A stretch of 64,000 bases of DNA from an uncultured archaeon (GTDB lineage Archaea > Nanobdellota > Nanobdellia > Pacearchaeales > GW2011-AR1): positions 9,116 through 73,115 of the forward strand of contig CAKZRD010000019.1 of the NCBI GenBank assembly GCA_937143345.1, read 5' to 3'. A program made the position numbers and the translations under genes. Positions 29,986 to 39,687 of the stretch are shown piece by piece. Numbering within the stretch: the stretch's first letter is position 1; every line of letters starts with the position of its first letter. The notes under the pieces were generated by a model. The model saw only the letters and a program-made list of their open reading frames with translations. It did not search any database and had not been told where the DNA came from.

Positions 29986-32900
29986 TTATAAATTAATAGG
30001 TTTAATTATTGCTGAGCATTGATTTAAAATGTTTAGTTTTTTGTCTCTGCATCTTATATAATAAGTTTCATAAGGATATGCTGTAAAGTTATGTGATCTT
30101 GATAAGTATTTTATTTCACTCGGAAGTTCATAGTTACAAAGAGTTGTTTTGTTTGTATTATAAAAGCATTCTGCTTCCTCGTCTGTTTCTAAAGAAAGTT
30201 TTCCATCTTTGTATAAAGCTCTTTGTATTAAAGGAGGAGTTTCATCAAAGAATACTGAAAAGTTAAAAGTTTCTTCTGCAATATTTCTTGCTTCGTCTTC
30301 ACATTTTACATTGATTGAATAATTACCTTGTGGAAACGTGAGTAATTGATTATGTTCTGTTTTACCTGTTTCAAAGAAATTTATGAACGAAGAAGAAAAT
30401 CCGGGGACATTGTAAGAGCAAAATGCGTTTCCTATGCATCCGAAAGTTCTAACAGAAAGAGTGAAATTTTTTTCCTCTATTAAATTTTTTCTATTTAACA
30501 AAGAAATATTTAATCCATCTTTACAAACATTTAAAACATATTCTTTGCTTACAAAATTAATATTTCTTTTATAATATTCTGTTTCTTCTTTTAAATTTGG
30601 TTGGTCATTACATCTAAAATAAAAAGTGTTTTTCCCTTCTGTTAAATTATCAATCTTTGTAAAACAAGTCCATTCTCCGAGGAAAACGCTTTCTTGTGAA
30701 GTTAAACAAGTCATATTGTTAGACATATCATAGAAACCTTCATTTCCGCTAACTACATCATACTCTTTAACAAAACGGCATTCTGCTGGCTCGTTAAGAT
30801 AAAGAATTACGGATGTTGAATTTGTTCCTTTTTTCAAATAAATCCCATTTGGAGGATTAAATCTTCTTAATTCAGCAGGAGTTAGGTCTGGACCTTGTTT
30901 AACTTTAACTTGAACGACAAATTCTGCTTCATTAACTTGACCTGCAAAATTTAAACATCTTATATAATATTCATTTTCTTCTCCGATTGTTAAACCAAGA
31001 GTATTTTTAGATGCGTTTTTGTCTTTTAAAAAACCGGAAAGTGTTATTTTGTGAGTTAATCCATCAGATTTTCCTGTTTCTGGATTAATATCTGAAATCA
31101 TCTCGAATTTCATTTCATCATAGCTTTTTGTGTGTTCATAATCAATCCTACAAGTTGCTGGTTTGTCAGTTTTTATTCCGAAAGTTAAATCTCCCCAAGC
31201 TTCTATTCCTTCGCCGTTTTTTCCAGCAATTCTAAATCCACTATCTCTTACATTTATATAAGAGTAACCTTCTGTTAAAACTTCTTTCCAAGGAGTTATT
31301 TTTGCTTTCCATATCTCGCTTATAGAATAACAATATCCTGGTTCTCCTTTCTCAATAAAGTAATGACAATTGCTTCCCAGTGATTTACATCTGTATTCAG
31401 AGCAAGGTCGGACGTCGTCGTTGCAAATATCGCAGTTTCCATTTTTTGGTGGTTGCCATGCTTCGCATGAGAAAGACATTATGTAATATTCGTATTCATC
31501 AAAACTATCGTCAAAACAATTTTTATACACTGAAGTAGAGATAGCAGCAACGACGGCTACAGCACAGACAGGATTTATAAAACCAGTCGCCCCACAAATG
31601 GTGCCAGTCAACTTAAGAATAACAACGGTTGCTGAGACAAAAACAGTAGACATTGCGGCCATCAAACCCTCGATAAACTTCCTTTCTAGTCCAGGACTCC
31701 AATTTTGATTCTTAGCAATAAGCTTTCCAAGCTGATATCCAACATAAGACCCAATTATTGCTGTGGCTGCCAAGGTTAAACCAGCTTTTAAATTCATCAG
31801 CCAGTTTGGATTTGTAACAGTCGTACTAACTTTTCTAGTTAAACCTAAATATTTCTGAAGCCCATCTAAAAAGGTAGATCCTGTCTCAAAAAAAGGAACA
31901 GTGCTAGTAGTTGTGACGGAAGTTGTTGTTAGGGCCTTCCAACCACCCATCGCCAATCCTGCCATAGTTAATGGCCCAGCAAAATTAACAATTTCCTGCA
32001 AAGAACTAGAAGAGCTTCCAACACTCACGCCCTTAGAGAGTTCATTTAAATCTATAGTTGTCTTATTTATATCACCAGCAGTCCAGGCACTATCTGCAAT
32101 ATCCGCAGACAAACCGGAGGAGATAGATTTGAGATCATTTAATTTTTTAAAAGAAGCAATGGGTTTTTTAAAAGAAGCAATGTAATCTCCTGGAAGAGTA
32201 TAATTACTAATTGAAATATTCCTATTCTCCCCCTTCCTGTCTATCTTGATTCTTTGAACAGAGAAGCCCGGAAAATCTTCATTGACTTCTCCAATTATAT
32301 TTGAAGAAACACCACAACTTCCCAACGCCCTACATCGCTCATTCATTGCAGACATGAGATTAGGTAGATCTTTTGTCTTTATATTAACATTTGCTCCATC
32401 GATATTGCACTCCCAATTTGCTTCATCTTCCCATGGATCGCAGTCTACATCTTCTGGATTTATTAGTTCTGAGATCCCATAAGAATAAGCACAGAGTGTA
32501 GTACTTATCAATCCCTTCAATTGAAGATTGGTCTCATCGACCATCTGGCATTTTCTTTTTACACTAGATATGCAAGTAAAACTCCCCAAACTACAAATTG
32601 CATTTGTTTCTTCATTGCTTCCACCATAATTTGCTGTGGAGAATTGTTTTTGTTTTTGAGAAGGATTATAGGAATCTGAACCTCTTCCTACAATTTTAGT
32701 ATTGGTATTCCAAAATTGAAAACCTGGAGTAAATCTTGGAACACAATGAGCTAAAAGTTTATTTTGGTCTTTTCCTAAATCATCTATTGCACCTTGTTCT
32801 GCATTTGTTTTTTCTGGATCAAAACCTGCAAGAAATTTACCGTCACTTCTTTTTAATTTATCTTCACCATAAAATTCGTTAAACATAATGCATTGTGGGT

Positions 32901-34068
32901 TTTCTTCGCATTTCTTTTCAACTTCAGAATAAGACTCAGCATCATTTGCATTGAGACAACTTCTCCAATCGTTTATTAAGCATTTTGCCTCAGTGTAACC
33001 TGAATCAGTATTTTGAACACAGATTTCTTGCATGAAATCAGCACACCCCTCTATAGAAATTTGACCCTCGAAACAACGAGCAATAAAATGTCTAGAACCT
33101 ACCGGAGCAATTCCTTCTAACGGATTAAAGTCATAAACACACCAGCTTTCCCCGTGCTTTTTGTTGTTGCAATGCAAGCTTTTGCAAACATAATCTCCTA
33201 ACGAAGGTTTTTGCGTTTTTCCTTTCTCGTATTTTGCACAAATACTTCCTCTAACATAATCGCAATTTCCACACGACGGACTTTCAGGAGAACAAGATTC
33301 TTCTGGAGGAATTGGTTTTTCCCAATAGGTTTGATTGTTTGCTTTGGAAGAATCATAAATGTTTGCTACATTACCACAGGAATCAAGAAAATAAACTTGA
33401 TCTCTATCTTCGACACATGTTGTTTTATTAGTTGGTTTACATATTGTGTTTAATTCTTTTGATGTACATAAATAACCTGGTTTAAAATCTCCTGTTTTAC
33501 AATTTTTTTTTGAAGTATAAACGCAGTTTTTTTCTCCTGAAAAATCCCCTGAATCTGAAAGACACGCTCCTAACTCTTCTAAACCGATATATTTTTCACA
33601 ACTTTCCCCACTCGAAAAAGGAATAAATTTTTTTTCAAAATTATATTTATTCGAAAGAAGAGTACACTCTCTCGAATTAACTAAAGAAACTTGGTTTCCA
33701 AGGATACAACAACCTAATTGACATTGTGGAATGTTGCATGAAATATCATCGCTCCAATTCCCTCCATTTTCTAAACATTTTTGTTTTGGCGACCTTAAAG
33801 AGCAAGTTCCTGTAGAAGAAGAATAACAACAACCAAGTTTGCATTCACCTACTGAAGAGCATTTTGTGGCAAATAGGTTTTCCTTACACAAATCTGCTTG
33901 AAAAAAAGGAATATCTTGGCAAATGGCTCCTTCTTTTGTTTCTCTACAGCAGCCTTTGAATGAGTCGGTTTGTGCGGAAACTAATTCTCTTTCTGAAATT
34001 AAATAGGCAAAACTAAATATTGCTAAAATCAATATTAAAATTTCTAAAAAAGCAATTTTTTTTTTCAT
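29986..34068 (-). CDS. Giant secreted Cys-rich protein with central hydrophobic Gly/Ala-rich region and four C-terminal Ig-like repeats
   Basis: 1360 aa. Signal ending SFAYLI..VSA; N-half matches 26902-29187 and C-half matches 23567-25080. Confidence 0.88.
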   Translation of the reverse strand: MKKKIAFLEILILILAIFSFAYLISERELVSAQTDSFKGCCRETKEGAICQDIPFFQADLCKENLFATKCSSVGECKLGCCYSSSTGTCSLRSPKQKCLENGGNWSDDISCNIPQCQLGCCILGNQVSLVNSRECTLLSNKYNFEKKFIPFSSGESCEKYIGLEELGACLSDSGDFSGEKNCVYTSKKNCKTGDFKPGYLCTSKELNTICKPTNKTTCVEDRDQVYFLDSCGNVANIYDSSKANNQTYWEKPIPPEESCSPESPSCGNCDYVRGSICAKYEKGKTQKPSLGDYVCKSLHCNNKKHGESWCVYDFNPLEGIAPVGSRHFIARCFEGQISIEGCADFMQEICVQNTDSGYTEAKCLINDWRSCLNANDAESYSEVEKKCEENPQCIMFNEFYGEDKLKRSDGKFLAGFDPEKTNAEQGAIDDLGKDQNKLLAHCVPRFTPGFQFWNTNTKIVGRGSDSYNPSQKQKQFSTANYGGSNEETNAICSLGSFTCISSVKRKCQMVDETNLQLKGLISTTLCAYSYGISELINPEDVDCDPWEDEANWECNIDGANVNIKTKDLPNLMSAMNERCRALGSCGVSSNIIGEVNEDFPGFSVQRIKIDRKGENRNISISNYTLPGDYIASFKKPIASFKKLNDLKSISSGLSADIADSAWTAGDINKTTIDLNELSKGVSVGSSSSSLQEIVNFAGPLTMAGLAMGGWKALTTTSVTTTSTVPFFETGSTFLDGLQKYLGLTRKVSTTVTNPNWLMNLKAGLTLAATAIIGSYVGYQLGKLIAKNQNWSPGLERKFIEGLMAAMSTVFVSATVVILKLTGTICGATGFINPVCAVAVVAAISTSVYKNCFDDSFDEYEYYIMSFSCEAWQPPKNGNCDICNDDVRPCSEYRCKSLGSNCHYFIEKGEPGYCYSISEIWKAKITPWKEVLTEGYSYINVRDSGFRIAGKNGEGIEAWGDLTFGIKTDKPATCRIDYEHTKSYDEMKFEMISDINPETGKSDGLTHKITLSGFLKDKNASKNTLGLTIGEENEYYIRCLNFAGQVNEAEFVVQVKVKQGPDLTPAELRRFNPPNGIYLKKGTNSTSVILYLNEPAECRFVKEYDVVSGNEGFYDMSNNMTCLTSQESVFLGEWTCFTKIDNLTEGKNTFYFRCNDQPNLKEETEYYKRNINFVSKEYVLNVCKDGLNISLLNRKNLIEEKNFTLSVRTFGCIGNAFCSYNVPGFSSSFINFFETGKTEHNQLLTFPQGNYSINVKCEDEARNIAEETFNFSVFFDETPPLIQRALYKDGKLSLETDEEAECFYNTNKTTLCNYELPSEIKYLSRSHNFTAYPYETYYIRCRDKKLNILNQCSAIIKPINL
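31265..31290. repeat. 26-bp exact direct repeat (copy 2)
   Basis: Identical to 24849-24874; extends to 34/36 matches. Confidence 0.85.
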
Positions 34069-34829
34069 ATTCCTGCTGGCATCACACAGGTACGAATTGC
34101 AAATTTAATTTCTTTATTGTCTAAGGACTTTAAAGTATAAACTTTTGTTTGATCACCACCCCTAAATCTTTCAATTTTAACATTTCTGTTGAGAGCTTGC
34201 CATATCATAAAATCGAATTCACAAAATGAGCTTTCGTAATTATTTATTGCTTCAGCAGTTCTTAATAAATAAGGAAGAGAAGATTTAACTTTCCCATTTA
34301 AAGAAGAAACAGAAAAAGAAGTTTCTCCTTTAGATATTTTTATTTCTGATTTTAAGTTATAAGAAATTTGTTGTTCCTCGAATATTAATTCAAACAAAAA
34401 AGAATCGTATTCAAAAGAATATCCTTTATTTTCATAATCTTCTTTTAAAATTAAAATTGCCCTTGATAAATCTCTAGAAATTTTATTCTCCATTTTTTTT
34501 CTTATAGATTCAATAAAAAGCGGGGATTGTTGAACGCAAGGAAAATAAAATTCTGTCGAATAACAAGAAAAGGGAACTTTTTCTTCCTTGTATAAATAAA
34601 AAATCTTAAACTCTTCTAAAAATCTTTTTTCCTTAAAGAAGTCTTCTTCATTTTGTTTTATAGAGTTTTCAATACTTCTTTTTATTAATAAATTGGGATC
34701 AGAAGAAGGTCTTTTAAAAAAAGAAATATCTTTGTTAAACAAAAAAAGAAAAAGAATTAAACCAGAAATTAAAACACCTGAAACAATAAAAATTGAAATT
34801 TGTGCTCTTTTTTTAAAAAAAAATTTCAT
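34065..34829 (-). CDS. Pilin-like protein (class III signal peptide), paralog of 29184-29951
   Basis: KKRA|QISIFIVSG; CYSTEFYFPCVQQSP; KVY...KFAIR; ATGA overlap with the giant gene. Confidence 0.8.
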   Translation of the reverse strand: MKFFFKKRAQISIFIVSGVLISGLILFLFLFNKDISFFKRPSSDPNLLIKRSIENSIKQNEEDFFKEKRFLEEFKIFYLYKEEKVPFSCYSTEFYFPCVQQSPLFIESIRKKMENKISRDLSRAILILKEDYENKGYSFEYDSFLFELIFEEQQISYNLKSEIKISKGETSFSVSSLNGKVKSSLPYLLRTAEAINNYESSFCEFDFMIWQALNRNVKIERFRGGDQTKVYTLKSLDNKEIKFAIRTCVMPAGI

Positions 34830-34849
34830 AAAAAAATCAAGAAAAATTA

Positions 34850-35449
34850 CTATTTAAAACTATCCTTAAAATATCTTTTTATTAAATAATAAGGAAGGCC
34901 AAAAAGGACTATTCCCGGAACAATGGCTATACCTAGTCCTGGAGCAAGAGTAGACACTCCTATAGTCGATAATGTTCCAACTCCAACGCTCTCTAAAAAA
35001 GTATTTGCTTTTTTAATTTTTTTCTCGACATTTTTTTCCAAAGCATCTATCTGAGCAACGATTTTTCCTGCTCTGAAAATTTTTATTTTTTTTTCTTCTT
35101 GAGAAACTAAAATACAAAAGCTGTCTTTAATTAAAGAAGCAGAATAAGCTGCGGCGTGTCTTGTTCCATAACCTGTAAAAACTTTTTTTGATTCTATTTT
35201 CGCTCCGTAATCTAAAACATTCCCTTCTTTATTAATAACAACTGCCCCATCGATAATAGCTAAAGAAAGGAGAATTTTCTTTGCTCCAGGACTAAAAATA
35301 GAAAAAGATTCAAATTTTTGTTTTAACAATCTTTTATATTTACAATTGTCAGAAATAACAAATAATGCTCCTTCCCCTTTTCTCGCAACCTCAATACCGA
35401 CTGAAATTAGGACTTCCTCAATTTTTTTTAAAAGATTTTCTTTTTTCAT
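34850..35449 (-). CDS. Diadenylate cyclase (DAC/DisA_N domain) with C-terminal hydrophobic segment
   Basis: GEGALFVI, LAIIDGAVVI, GYGTRHAAA, VSQEEKKI. Confidence 0.88.
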   Translation of the reverse strand: MKKENLLKKIEEVLISVGIEVARKGEGALFVISDNCKYKRLLKQKFESFSIFSPGAKKILLSLAIIDGAVVINKEGNVLDYGAKIESKKVFTGYGTRHAAAYSASLIKDSFCILVSQEEKKIKIFRAGKIVAQIDALEKNVEKKIKKANTFLESVGVGTLSTIGVSTLAPGLGIAIVPGIVLFGLPYYLIKRYFKDSFK

Positions 35450-35481
35450 TAATTTAATAATAAAAAACTTTATTTAAAAAA

Positions 35482-36201
35482 TTAATCGTTGTCTACTCTC
35501 GGAGCAAGAATAAATGAAATCCCCAATCTATCTCCTGCAAAAATAAGTTTTAATGGATAATTATCTGAAAACATTATTTTTATTTTGTCAGAAATTTTAG
35601 AAGATTTTATAAATTTCATTAAATATTCTAAAGAGTATTTTGCTTTTGCTTCCCCTTTAAATTTGTATTCTTCAGAAAACTCGACTTTAACTGAACTTAA
35701 ACTTCCTTTTGCTTCAATTTTAAAAAGTCCTTCTTTTGAAATAAAAGAACAAGAATCTGCAACAACATAACAGTCCTCTATCGTCTTAGAAAATTCTTGA
35801 GAAGAAATTTCTCCTTCTGTTGAAAATTCTAAATTCGGTTCTTTTTTTTCTTCGATATCATTATCAATTAAAGAAAGATTAAATATCCTCTTCGAAGAGT
35901 CTTCGGACGAAATTTTTAAAATATTTTCTTCTTGTTCAAAGTCGATGGTTGGGGAATTGTAAGCTCTTTTCAAAATTCTTTTAAAATCTTCAAGGTTTAT
36001 TGAAAGCTCCTCGTTTTCCACCTCATAAAATGAAAAACTCTCTTTTGGCATTTTGAAAATAACCATTGCCACATTTGCAGGGTCAACAGCAACTAAAAAC
36101 AAACCATCTTCTAAAAATTTTAATTTTACTTCTACAACAAGTTCAGAAATTATGTTTATTGCATCAATAAAATTTTTTGGATTTTCTAGTCTAACTTTCA
36201 T
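35482..36201 (-). CDS. pcn: DNA sliding clamp PCNA
   Basis: AVDPANVAMV, KYSLEYL, YPLKL, FILAPRVD. Confidence 0.95.
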   Translation of the reverse strand: MKVRLENPKNFIDAINIISELVVEVKLKFLEDGLFLVAVDPANVAMVIFKMPKESFSFYEVENEELSINLEDFKRILKRAYNSPTIDFEQEENILKISSEDSSKRIFNLSLIDNDIEEKKEPNLEFSTEGEISSQEFSKTIEDCYVVADSCSFISKEGLFKIEAKGSLSSVKVEFSEEYKFKGEAKAKYSLEYLMKFIKSSKISDKIKIMFSDNYPLKLIFAGDRLGISFILAPRVDND

Positions 36202-36279
36202 AAAATAAAAATAAACTTTCTATTTATAAATATTGTTATAAAAAGGAACCTATTTAAATAAAAGAAGAAATATTTTTTT

Positions 36280-37761
36280 ATGGAAAAAGAAAGCAAAATA
36301 AAATTAGTTTATTTAGGTTATTATTCAAGAAAAGAAATAAAAAAAACAATATTTGAGTTTTGTAAAAAAAGAGAAACGATACCTAAGTATTATGATTTTT
36401 TTGGAAAAAGACCTGACAGATTAGAATATGAAGATGATGTTTATAATCTTGCAAAAAAAGGAGCTACTAGTTTTCATTGCTCTCAGGAACTTTGGGGAAA
36501 TCCACTTAATATAAAAACGGAAAAAAATTTAAATGAATTGAGGGAAGGTTGGGATTTTTTAATAGATATAGATTCAAAATATTTTGATTATGCGAAAATT
36601 TCTGCTAAAATAATAATAAATGCTTTGAAATTTCATGGAATAAGAAATTTTGGGATCAAATTTTCAGGATCCAAGGGCTTTCATATAATCATTCCTTGGA
36701 AAGCATTCCCCGAGGAATACGATGGAGTAAAAACAAAAAACATGTTTCCTGAATGGCCAAGAATAATTGCAAAATATCTTCAAGAAGAATTTATTAAAAA
36801 GAACTTAGAAAGTTATATTGAAAAAAATGCAAAAGAAGATTCTCCTAAGGAAATTTTTTACCTTCCAACTAATGAAAAAGCACTTGAAGGTTTTTTTTAC
36901 GAATTTGTTTGTGAAAAATGTAAAACAAAGATTACTTCTTTCTTCGATAAAAAAACAAAAAAAAGAGTTTTTAAATGTTCTGTATGCAAAGGTTTAATTA
37001 AAAAAATTAAAGAAGAAAAAATTTATTTTTCTCCAGACAAAAAATTCAATTCTATAAAGAATAAAGAAATGTTTAAAGAAAAGATTAATAATCAAAAAGA
37101 TCTTAATTGTGTTGATTTGGTTTTGGTTGCACCAAGGCATTTGTTTAGAACACCTTATTCTCTTCACGAAAAAACCTCTCTTTGCTCCTGTGTTTTAGAA
37201 GAAAAAGATTTGGAAAATTTCTCACCTAACGACGCGAAACCAGAGAATATAAAAATAAAAAATTTTTATCCTATAGCGAAAGAAGAAGAAGCAAAGAAGC
37301 TTTTGATAAATGCTCTTGACTGGGAAAAAAGAAAAGAAAAAAAAGATTATACTTTAAAAGAAAAAAAAGAGATTGATTTAAGTGGAATAAAAATTGATGA
37401 GAGTTATTTTCCTCCGACGATATTAAAAATTCTTCAGGGGATAAAAGAAGATGGGAGAAAAAGAGCTTTAACTATACTACTTTCTTTCTTTGTTTCTTTA
37501 AATTTGTCTAAAGAGTATATAGAAGAAAAAATTAATGAATGGAATAAAAAAAACTATCAACCGTTAAAAGAAGGTTATATTAACTCGCAGATAAGTTGGT
37601 TTTTAAAAAATAAAAGATTACCACCGAACTATGATAGGTCAATTTACAAGGAATTAGGGGTTTTAGAAGAAACGGAAGGTTTTAAAAATCCAATTAATTA
37701 TACTATAAGTAAAATATTAAAAAAAGAGTTACAAATAAAGAATAATAAAAAAATAAAATGA
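36280..37761 (+). CDS. priS: Fused DNA primase (PriS plus PriL/PriX-like C-terminal domain) with Zn-ribbon insert
   Basis: TSFHCS, GWDFLIDID, KFSGSKGFH, RHLFRTPYSLH; CEKC..CSVC insert; FPPTI..DGRKRAL C-terminal domain. Confidence 0.88.
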   Translation: MEKESKIKLVYLGYYSRKEIKKTIFEFCKKRETIPKYYDFFGKRPDRLEYEDDVYNLAKKGATSFHCSQELWGNPLNIKTEKNLNELREGWDFLIDIDSKYFDYAKISAKIIINALKFHGIRNFGIKFSGSKGFHIIIPWKAFPEEYDGVKTKNMFPEWPRIIAKYLQEEFIKKNLESYIEKNAKEDSPKEIFYLPTNEKALEGFFYEFVCEKCKTKITSFFDKKTKKRVFKCSVCKGLIKKIKEEKIYFSPDKKFNSIKNKEMFKEKINNQKDLNCVDLVLVAPRHLFRTPYSLHEKTSLCSCVLEEKDLENFSPNDAKPENIKIKNFYPIAKEEEAKKLLINALDWEKRKEKKDYTLKEKKEIDLSGIKIDESYFPPTILKILQGIKEDGRKRALTILLSFFVSLNLSKEYIEEKINEWNKKNYQPLKEGYINSQISWFLKNKRLPPNYDRSIYKELGVLEETEGFKNPINYTISKILKKELQIKNNKKIK

Positions 37762-39653
37762 ATAAAAAAAAGAAATTAATATTTTTTTTATATTTAATTT
37801 TATTTAATTCTTTTTTTGTTTTCGCACAAAATAATTCAAGCACAAATCAAACACAACAAGTAAATAATAGTTCATTAAACGTTGTGAATAAGACAAAAGT
37901 CGAACTTGCATTTCAGTGTCTTGAAACTGAATTGAAAGAAGATTGTTCTGGTGCTAGAACTGTTGAACAGCTTGCTTTTGCAATCTTAGCTACTCCGAAA
38001 GAATCTATTTTAAAAGAGTGTATAAAAAAACTTGAATCAAAAGAAAAAAGCGAGGGTTGTTTTGGAGATTCTTCTTGCTCCATTAAAGATAGTGCTCTAG
38101 CTATACTTGCATTAAATCATGTTAGAAAAAATACGACAAAATATGAAAAGTGGCTTTTATCAAAAAATTTAAGTTCGAGTGAAGTAGAGTGGATAGTCCA
38201 ACAAGATTCTGATGGAGAAACTTCTTGTACTTTGAAATATGGTGGAAATGATTATCAGTTTATTGCTAGGGAAAATAAAAAGCTAACTGGTAATTTTGGT
38301 TCTTGTTTTAGTTTAACAAATAACAACTATTGGTTGAAAGTAAATGAAGAGTGTTTTAACAAAGAAATAAAAATGGGTTGTAACAAGAAGTTTTATGTAT
38401 CTCTTTCTTATAGAACTCCTGGTTCACAAAAAGTAAATATACTTTCAAATACAAAAGAAGGTGCTCAAAATAGCGAAGTAACTTTTTCCATTGATTCTAA
38501 ATGTTTTGGAATTAGTAGTTGTAATTATGAAGAAACTGTATGGGCAGTTTTAGCTTTAAAGAAAGTGGGACATGATATAAAACCATATATACCTTATATA
38601 GTGTCCTCTGAAGAAACAAAAAAACCTTATTTTCCTGAAATTTTTTCTTATATTGTTCTAGAATATGATTCTCTTTATGGAGCAAAGATAATGAAAATGC
38701 AAACAGAATCAAAATATTTTGAAGCTGAAAACAGTGCTTATGGAAGATTTTATGACAGTGCTTTAGTTCTTTTAGCTTTAGGAGACAGAAATCAACAACA
38801 AATAAAAAACGCTAAAGATTGGGTATGGTTTTCACAAGAAAATAATGGTTGCTGGAACTCAAAAAATTTAAGAGACACTTCAATTTTACTTTGGGCATTA
38901 GAAAGAAAAGTTTCTCCATCTTTAGATTCACAAGAAGTTATAAGAACGACTAAGTGTAGTGAAAGTATTAGTGGAGCAACATGTATAAAAGAATTAGATT
39001 GTCTTAACTCTGGGGGAAGTGTTTTGAGAAATTATGATTGTAGTTATAGCTCTATTTCTTTTTCTGTTTGTTGTAACATAACTCCCACGCTAAAAAGATG
39101 TTCGGAACTTGGTGGGAATGTTTGTTCTACGGATGAAAAATGTGAAGGGATTGTAAGAAATTCTTCTGATAGAATGTGTTGCATTGGTGAATGTAAAAAA
39201 ATAGAAGAAGAAAAGAAACAAGATGAATGTTCTTTAGAAAAAGGGATTTGCAGAAATTCGTGCAGAACAAATGAAGAAAAAACAGAAAGCGCATGTTCTG
39301 ATAGAGGCAAAGTTTGTTGTGTAAAAAAAGAAACACCTAAAAAGAGCCTTCTATGGCTGTGGGTTTTATTAGGAATATTGGTTGTTTTTGCTATAATTGG
39401 AATTTTAATGAAAGATAAAATAAAAGTTATGATTTATAAGAATAAACAAAGTAAAAATGAATCTGAAAAACCTTTTAATACAGGATTGGGGCCATCTAAG
39501 CCCGGATTTCCTCCTATTGCTATGAACAAACCTTTGATAAATAAACCATTAGTACAACCAAGACCTTTAATGGGACAATTACCTTCAAAACCGAAAACAG
39601 ATAGTTCTCAAAGACCAGATGTTTTTAACAAGTTAAAAGAGATGTCAAAATAA
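37758..39653 (+). CDS. Membrane-anchored surface protein (helical-repeat domain, three small Cys-rich modules, TM helix, Pro-rich tail)
   Basis: Signal peptide; repeated SALAILAL / TVWAVLAL / SALVLLAL helices; CC-terminated Cys modules; TM helix near aa 530-550. Confidence 0.75.
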   Translation: MNKKKKLIFFLYLILFNSFFVFAQNNSSTNQTQQVNNSSLNVVNKTKVELAFQCLETELKEDCSGARTVEQLAFAILATPKESILKECIKKLESKEKSEGCFGDSSCSIKDSALAILALNHVRKNTTKYEKWLLSKNLSSSEVEWIVQQDSDGETSCTLKYGGNDYQFIARENKKLTGNFGSCFSLTNNNYWLKVNEECFNKEIKMGCNKKFYVSLSYRTPGSQKVNILSNTKEGAQNSEVTFSIDSKCFGISSCNYEETVWAVLALKKVGHDIKPYIPYIVSSEETKKPYFPEIFSYIVLEYDSLYGAKIMKMQTESKYFEAENSAYGRFYDSALVLLALGDRNQQQIKNAKDWVWFSQENNGCWNSKNLRDTSILLWALERKVSPSLDSQEVIRTTKCSESISGATCIKELDCLNSGGSVLRNYDCSYSSISFSVCCNITPTLKRCSELGGNVCSTDEKCEGIVRNSSDRMCCIGECKKIEEEKKQDECSLEKGICRNSCRTNEEKTESACSDRGKVCCVKKETPKKSLLWLWVLLGILVVFAIIGILMKDKIKVMIYKNKQSKNESEKPFNTGLGPSKPGFPPIAMNKPLINKPLVQPRPLMGQLPSKPKTDSSQRPDVFNKLKEMSK

Positions 39654-39687
39654 AAATATTTATTAATCTTAAAAATTCTTTCTTTTT

